From the NCBI RefSeq assembly GCF_033153115.1, contig NW_026889806.1, positions 5,146,001-5,210,000 of the forward strand: a stretch of DNA of 64,000 bases, written 5' to 3'. The notes below the pieces were generated by a model. That model worked only from the letters and a program-made list of their open reading frames with translations, ran no database searches and was not told where the DNA came from. Position 1 is the first letter of the stretch, and every line of letters starts with the position of its first letter. This document shows positions 24,841-64,000 of the stretch, piece after piece. Both the position numbers and the translations under genes were made by a program. The stretch is from Saccostrea echinata. Lineage: Eukaryota.

Positions 24841-27200
24841 TTTGAACAAAAGAAAAGAGACGTTCATTTTCTGCAGCATTCAATGAATCTACCCCCCATA
24901 ATAAGACATGTGTATCAAGAATGTGGATCTTGTCAGATTGTAAAAATTTATTTAAAAATTCTTTTCTGGCTTTCTCATACTTTGGACATACAAAAAAATA
25001 ATTATATGTATCCTCAACTTTACCACACGAGCATAAAGGACTTGATATTAAATTGCATCTATAAAGGTCGCTATTTAATACGCAATTATGCCGTAGTCTG
25101 GTTTGAAGAACATTTAGTCGTCTGTTGTCGTAATCAAAGTATGATGGTGGAGCAGATTTTGTAGTACTAATTTTAGATTTGAATTTTGACATTGACTGTA
25201 TATTTCGAATTTCGAGTGGAATTGAGTTCCATTCATTAACTACTGTCGGAATAAATGTAGACTTATAAGTTTGTAATCGACATTTTGAAATATCATAATT
25301 TTGAGAATTTCTTGTAGAGTATATAGATGTGTTACAGTGCATATATGGAAGTATGTCCATTAAGTATTCAGGCACTTAATTATTATGAAGCTTGAACATA
25401 GTTTTTATTCTAGCTTCTTGTCTTCTACAACTAAGAGGTTCCCATCCCGTTTCAAAGTATAGTGAATCTTTAGAAGCTATAGTTGTTAACCCTGTTACAA
25501 TTCTAGCAGCATAAAGTTGCAGTTTTTCTAACTTATCGTTATCACTATGTTGACAGCATCCCCATACCACTGAAGCGTATTCAAGTTGCAGTCTTATAAA
25601 TGACGTATACATGAGTGAGAGAGTTTTTCGATTTACTTTGAATTTTAATTTTTTCAAAAGAGATAATTTTTTGTAGGCATTAGACAGTAGATTTTCAATA
25701 TGCAGTGACCAACTAGCGTCGTGTGAAAAAAAAATACTCCGAGGTGTTTGTGTTCAGAGATGAAGTCCAATTGACATTGTTGAAAAAGAAGCTTAGGATA
25801 TTCTATGTTTTTCTTTGTACTAAATATTATTGCTTTAGTTTTAGAGGGATTAAATTTCAATAACCATTTTTTAGACCAAAATTCCAGAGCATTTAGATCT
25901 TTAAGTCTCTTTCAATAATTTTCATATTATGAGAAGAATGCTGCAAAGAATTATCATCAGCAAATAATCTACAAAAAGTAACCATATTATCAGCAACATC
26001 ATTCACATAAATTAAAAACAAAAGTGGTCCTAAAACAGAACCCTGAGGAACACCAGCATATAAGGGTTTGGGTGTTGATAATAAGTTACGATACATCACC
26101 CGTTGATATCTACATTCAAGATAATTCTCAAGCCATTTATACAAACTACCAGAAATTCCATATGTTTTAAGTTTAATTAATATACCTTTATGCCAAACAC
26201 GATCAAACGCTTTTGAAAGATCACAAAATACCATACAACAAAATTTCCCATCATCAATAGCTTTTACAATATTGTCATATGTTTCTATTAACTGGTACAC
26301 TGTTGAGTGACCAGGTAAAAAACCAGCCTGATATTTATAAAAAAGATTATTGTCATGAAAATAATTATAAATATATTTAAACACAACTCTTTCCATGATT
26401 TTTCCAACACAGCTCAACAATGAAACTGGTCTATAATTAGACATTACAGAAGGATCTTCTTTTTTTAAAAGAGGAAGTAAATTTGCTAATTTCCAACCGG
26501 AGGGAAAAATACATTCATTCAGAGATCTATTAAACAATAAACAAAGCGGTTTAGCAGTAGCAAACTTTGCTGATTTTAACATCTTGTGGCTTATATTATC
26601 AGGACCAATAGCTTTGTTTGTAGGAAGTATTGTTACAATATCAATTATTTCTTGCTCAGTAATACATATACTACTAAATTCACTGTTACATACATGATAT
26701 GCCTCAGGTAATTCTGAACCACTATCATCAACACATGATACAGATGTAAAATAATTATTGAGTACATCTATTTTCTCTTCATTTGAATAAGCAATATTTG
26801 TACAACCAGTATCTGTTATATATTGTAATGGTGGAATATCAGAGGTAACTTTGGTTTTAAAAACATCCTTCAATAATTTCCAGTATAGTTTCGAGTTGTT
26901 TTTGCTAGCGTCAGTAAGATGTAATTCTAGATTATTCTTGTAATTTTCAATTGCATGTTTTTTCATATTATTAAACTTATTTCTCACTTGTTAAAAATTT
27001 GTCCAATCAGAGTCTTTTTTTGCTTTTTTGGGCTTTTCGTTTAAGTATATTTTTTATACGAAGAGTTTTGCGCAATGCGGAATCAAACCATGGTTTATCT
27101 TTCGGCCGTATAATAACAGATCTTTCAGGTATACATTGTCTAACTATATTCATGAATGCCAAAGAAAAGTTTTCAGTTGCCTGGTTAACAGAAATGATTC
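24841..27200 (-). mobile_element. second, distinct 5'-truncated CR1/L2-group LINE (reverse transcriptase pseudogene)
   Basis: ORF 25893-26987 (NYRPVSLL, DLSKAFDRVWH, GVPQGSVLGP, FADD), continued by frameshifted ORFs to 24830. Related to but clearly diverged from the downstream copy. Confidence 0.93.
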
Positions 27201-27824
27201 TCCCATATTTACTATAAATATATCTTTTCCTGCAGTAGTTTTTTCCTTGTTACCCTTGCCTGTCTGACAAGTGGAAAACTATATGGAAAACAACAAGAAT
27301 TTAAAATGTAACGCGTCATCCAGTTATAATTAAGTATACTTAGTGATCGAGTGGATCTAATAGCCGTACTTTTACTGTTATTTTACGTAAAACATGCTCA
27401 AAACGCAGTGCTTTGAACATATATCAGCGCTGGTAGGAAGCAATTTCAGTTGCGGGGGGGGGGGGGATCAACCAAACATTTTCATTTTCGGAGGGCAATA
27501 CTAAGCAAAACTTCCAAAGGAATTTCAGATGGGGGGGGGGCGCTACAAAATATTTTCAGTTGAATGGGCACCACTAACACAAAAAGGGTAAAAAGAAAAA
27601 AAAGACAAAATATTTCATCAGAGGTACATCTTTAAAGTATAGTTTTATCTTATATACTTTATTATTTACATATCGGCAAAATTACTGGGGCCGGGTGGGG
27701 GGTATGTTGTATCACTGGCAAATTTAAAAGTTGTAATTAAGATAAAAGGAGGGTGTTGTCTCATTTAATCCGTCACTGCCAATTCCTTATTGCATGCAAA
27801 TATCGCAGCATTACTAACGTTTTC

Positions 27825-27864
<40 letters not shown>

Positions 27865-30176
27865 AGTTTAATTATTTTTCTCTACTGTAATTGTGCCATT
27901 TCCTTACAAAAAAAAAACTTGTCAAAATTTCATTTTTGGAAATTGTAATTTTTCATTTGTTGTCCTACAATCTTTGTCGGTTCGGTTGTAGTAGTCAGCA
28001 ATATGTACATGCATCACCAAAACTAAGTGTTGTCAGCTTCATCTCCATGTAAATAATAATTGTTAGTGGGGATTGTATTGTGCTTTACCCTGTTCACATG
28101 CGTCTTTCAATAGTACTATATGCGCGTACTTCTAAGGTCTATTATCTGTGCCAATACTTATAGGCTATATTGGACATAATTTCTTTAATCATCTACATAA
28201 GAAAACATCAAAATTATGGAATCGTCCCAAGTAATGTTTTATATTTTGATTTATTGGAAATGTCATTGTACCCTTGCCATTTACGATAATAAGATGTGAT
28301 TTACAATTACGACTTTCGTTTTTATTTTCCATGTATCATAAAATGTACTTCTCTTAGACTCACCCACCCAAACCCCCATCTTCTCTTTTAATTGTTTAAA
28401 TGAAAGGGATGTTTTACACACAAGTGTAATAGTGTTATAATGGCAGATTTCAGAAAAAGGGATGGGGGGGGGGGCATAAGTGAAAACAGTATGCAATTCA
28501 ATTCAAGAGACCCATAGGCCACAACGCTCACCCTAGTCACCTTGCCCCTGCTGTCCTTCAGATAATGTTTTAAAAGATATTTTCCCTCTACATTGAGTAT
28601 ATTCCCATGTTGTCCCAATCTTAGTCCCATGTAAGAGGTATATATATATTAGAATCACACTACAAGGAGATTCTGAATATCAATATGACTAACGTAAGGA
28701 GAATTTATGTAAAACTTGATCCTTTGTTTTTTTTAGCTCTGCCTTAGCCCCGGTGAACAAAGGTGAATCATATATTTGCATATCAACATGATTGAGTGTC
28801 GCAGCATGGAAATATGAATGCACTAATAGGGGATGCTTGCATATCAGTATGGGTCATTCTTGTACTACTATTATTGAAAAGATTTGTGAGGGATCTGATC
28901 TTATAAATTCTCTGTGAATATCTGATCCTTTAATGTGTCCTTAAGCCATGGTCATCCTTGTTATGATCTACATTATGATCCTATTTTTCTTTGTTTGTTT
29001 CTTTTCCTTAATATTCACAAAAAAATCAATTACATTGAGTGATTATCTAGTTAAAACTTTCAGAAAGATGCAATGCCATAATTGTCAAAACACAACTAGT
29101 TAATTATTTTCATGTTAGTATGATATTGAAATTGTCCATATACACGTCTATACACCATATCTGCAGTTATATGCACTTGATTGTCGTATCTAATGCACAT
29201 CTTGTTGGAACTTTGTCTCTTCTCAGCTGTCTGTACTGATAATATGAGGTTTTAAATGACTAGAAGTTAATGGTTAACCAACAACTAAACTAAATGATAA
29301 AAAGGATGACTTCAGCTTTCCATTGTCAATCTCTCCTGCATTGGCCAATAGTACGCGGGAGAGGGCACTTTTTCTGAAAATAGTCTTTTGCTGTAGTTTT
29401 TTTTTCAATCTAAATTTTGATTTGCTTGCCCCCCTCCCCTTTCATTGCTGTACAGTAAAATATAGGCCAATTCCTGCATTTGAAAAAAAATTAACAGAAA
29501 AGTTAGAGACTCCCCTCCCTCCCCCACCACACACACAAAATAGGGTTTTAGAGTTTGGATGGTTACCTTTTTTTTGCTTGTCAACTTTTTTGTTTTCAGA
29601 AGGCTGCCCCCTTTGATGTTTATGTAGTATTCTACTATCACCTGCATGTGGTGTTTTATTCAAAACGCAATAACATGTACCAGTAGATTTATTTTTTAAA
29701 CCGAGACAGGGTAGTGACTAGTGACAAATAATTTGATGTTACAGGGCTTTCTACAATATCATATTTTTACATAGGAATATACCAGTATATGGAAATATCG
29801 TTAAATATCTCCTCAAGAACAGATGATTAGTGATATTAATATGCAAAAATCCCTTTCAAAATGTTCTTCTCAATAATATCAGGATTGTGATTGATCATAA
29901 TATGCAAGCATTTCCATCAAGTACATATCTAATTTCTTCAAATCATGACCCCAGGGTTGGGCAAGCATAAAATATTTTATTTTTTCATAGAAATATCTTC
30001 TTACCAAGAACACAAGGGCCATAATCAATGACACTAATATGCAACCATTCTCAGAAAGTATTCCAAACATAGCCCCTGTGGATAAGGTGGAGCTACAATA
30101 GGGGATCCAAGTTTTACATTTCTATGCAGATGAATTAAAATATGCATAAGTGCTATACCTCTTACACAAAGGTTAA

Positions 30177-31058
30177 AAGAGCCATAGCTGCCTTACCGAC
30201 GACACGGCCGACTCAAGAATTTAAAAGGAAATCACTTGTTTCTATTTATAGATATACTGTACCTTTTCAATTCATGAGCAAACTATCTAATATGATTTGA
30301 GGACGAGTGTTGCAAGTATGTCAAATGACAATCATTTTACTTGTTCAATACTCTAATTCTGAGACAAAAGATTTACGCAGAAAATCAATAAAAATAAAAC
30401 AAGTTGCTATGAATTTGCAAACTTAAATAAAATAGTTAAGGACTGTCTTTTCCCGAGATACTTTCAAAGTGTAATGTGTATATTATATCTTTCTGAAATT
30501 GTGTATATTATAAAACAATAAAAAAAACGTAGGAAAGATACACAAAGAAAAAAAAAATTTAAAAAAGCAAATGGAAAAATGTGGGGCTCGAACTCGCAAT
30601 CACCATATTTACATTCCAGCAATCATACCGCTGCGCCAACGAAGTCAATGATGTCAAGTTGATAAATTTAAGACAGATAACTAATCTTACGATTATATGA
30701 GAAGAAAAATTTAATATATATTTTCATCATTTTCAATATGAAGACCACCTTTAACCAAAATTATCTAAAGGGAATATCCAAATAAAATTATTCAAAAGTT
30801 GTTTTTCTGGTAAAGGGTGGTCTTTGGCAACAGTTTGTCATCGTTAGGTGGATACCTCATTATTTACTATATATTCTATACAAACTGGATAATTTTCAAA
30901 TTTATCATATGAGGGAACTATTAACATTTAAATATTGTGTGATTTGGTTTTACGCATGTATAAACTAAGACTGTATGATAAAATTTTGGTTAAAAAATGT
31001 ATTTAAGAAATCACTAGTAGAGTAGGCGAAAATGCCTATCAAATGCGCTATGGCTCTT
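30177..31058. mobile_element. non-autonomous TIR element, Kolobok-like
   Basis: TIR AAGAGCCATAGC / GCTATGGCTCTT; left flank TTAA, right flank degenerate. Confidence 0.5.
30580..30642 (-). other. tRNA-derived Pol III promoter-like segment
   Basis: Minus strand A box TGGCGCAGCGGT, B box GAGTTCGAGCCC, then TTTTT. Confidence 0.55.
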
Positions 31059-31578
31059 TATTTTCTAATACATAATTAGTACCCATGACATATTGTAACT
31101 AGTATGTATTATGACGTCATTGTTCTTTCCTACCCAAGATTATAAAACATATCAACAAAACAATATGTACTGGCTATAACATGCCACAGGTACCAAGTAT
31201 GTATAAGAAAAGGAATTTCAACTTTTTCTGTATCATAAATGTATCACTTATCCATTTTTATTGGCTCATTTGCATAGAAACACCTATACCTAGTCTTAAT
31301 TCACATGCGTAAAGTAAAAATCGATGACAAAATGCCTTAGGCACAAGATTGCCACACTGTATTTACTCAAGCCACTTTAACCTTTGTGAAAACAGATCAT
31401 TCATAAATTGAAAGCCAATTCACATTTTTTTCATATTTAATAAACAATAATCAGCTAACAAAAAACATTTAGCACAAAAAGTCCATTCAGATGGGATTCT
31501 TCTCTTCCATTATCTGCTGAGCAGATTGTCCAATTTCAATTGTGTTAATCATCCATTTTTGGCTGTGTAAATCTTCCA

Positions 31579-63242
<31,664 letters not shown>

Positions 63243-63348
63243 CTATCATCAAAGCAAAGTTTTATGTCATTATGAATAACCCTCAGCTAAATACACACAG
63301 GTCATGTAATTTGTTTGAAAAAGTATTAAACAAATGTATATTCATATA

Positions 63349-63524
63349 CAGTTGAACTTCAGTATCTCGAACACCGATATCTCGAATACCATAGATATGT
63401 TGAAGTGATTTAGTAGTCCAAGCCACTTATTCTTGGAAGTATTTTACTCTCGATATCTCGAATCCTCTGATATCTTTAAGTTTTTTCTCGGTCCCATCCA
63501 GTTCGAGATAACAAGGTATGACTG
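63349..63524. mobile_element. pogo/Tigger-like MITE
   Basis: TA|CAGTTGAACTTCAGTATCTCGAAC ... GTTCGAGATAACAAGGTATGACTG|TA. Confidence 0.6.
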
Positions 63525-63604
63525 TATGTCAAAACATACATTATTTTCAATAACTAGTTAAGTTCTCATGATTCTTATTTACATAGATAACTAATTATGT
63601 TGAA

Positions 63605-64000
63605 TCTGGTTTACCTGGATGACTTGTTATGGTACACTTTGACTTACCTGGATTGACTCAGGTAGAGTTTGGTTTATGTTGATGACTTGTAATGGTACAT
63701 TGTGACTTATCTAGATTGACTAGTGGTAGATTTTGATTCACCTGGATGATTTATCATGTTACATTGCGACTTAACTAGATAGATTTGTGGCAGAATTTGA
63801 CCTACCTTAATGACTTATGGTAGATTTTGACTTACCTAGCTGATGTATCATGGTACATTGTGACTTTCCTAAATGACGTATTATGGTACATTTTGACTTT
63901 CCTTAATGACGTATTATGGTATATTGTGACTTACCTAGATGATGTATTATGGTATATTGTGACTTATCTAGAGGACGTATTATGTTACATTGTGACTTTC
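63605..64000 (-). repeat. ~33-bp tandem array running off the window edge
   Basis: Unit GACTTACCTAGATGATGTATTATGGTACATTGT; more degenerate toward 63605. Confidence 0.85.

Overview
AT-rich, intron-rich animal genomic DNA; the repeat content suggests a bivalve mollusc, probably an oyster (inference). It holds three host genes. (1) The last two coding exons of a + strand gene whose acidic/basic C-terminus resembles EXOSC9 (3507-5029). (2) A complete 9-exon cyclin A gene on the - strand (13740-17875, 432 codons), tail-to-tail with gene 1 as in the vertebrate EXOSC9-CCNA2 pair. (3) 34 exons of RAD50 on the - strand (31579-63242, 5' end outside the window), including a probable GC-AG intron. Around them lie nested transposons: Helentron-type HINEs, IS3EU-, Kolobok- and Sola-like non-autonomous elements, a decayed mariner, a decayed Harbinger, two fused CR1/L2-group LINEs and many MITEs. 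The most striking pattern is that nearly every long minisatellite outside transposons is anchored on an RNA-processing signal. Five are amplified copies of the real exon end plus 5' splice site (up to about 47 copies), one is an amplified 3' splice site plus exon start, one is an amplified AATAAA region, and three more directly abut splice sites. The intact decoy sites I checked lie behind an in-frame stop. All exon calls are by-eye frame/phase reconstructions without transcript data.
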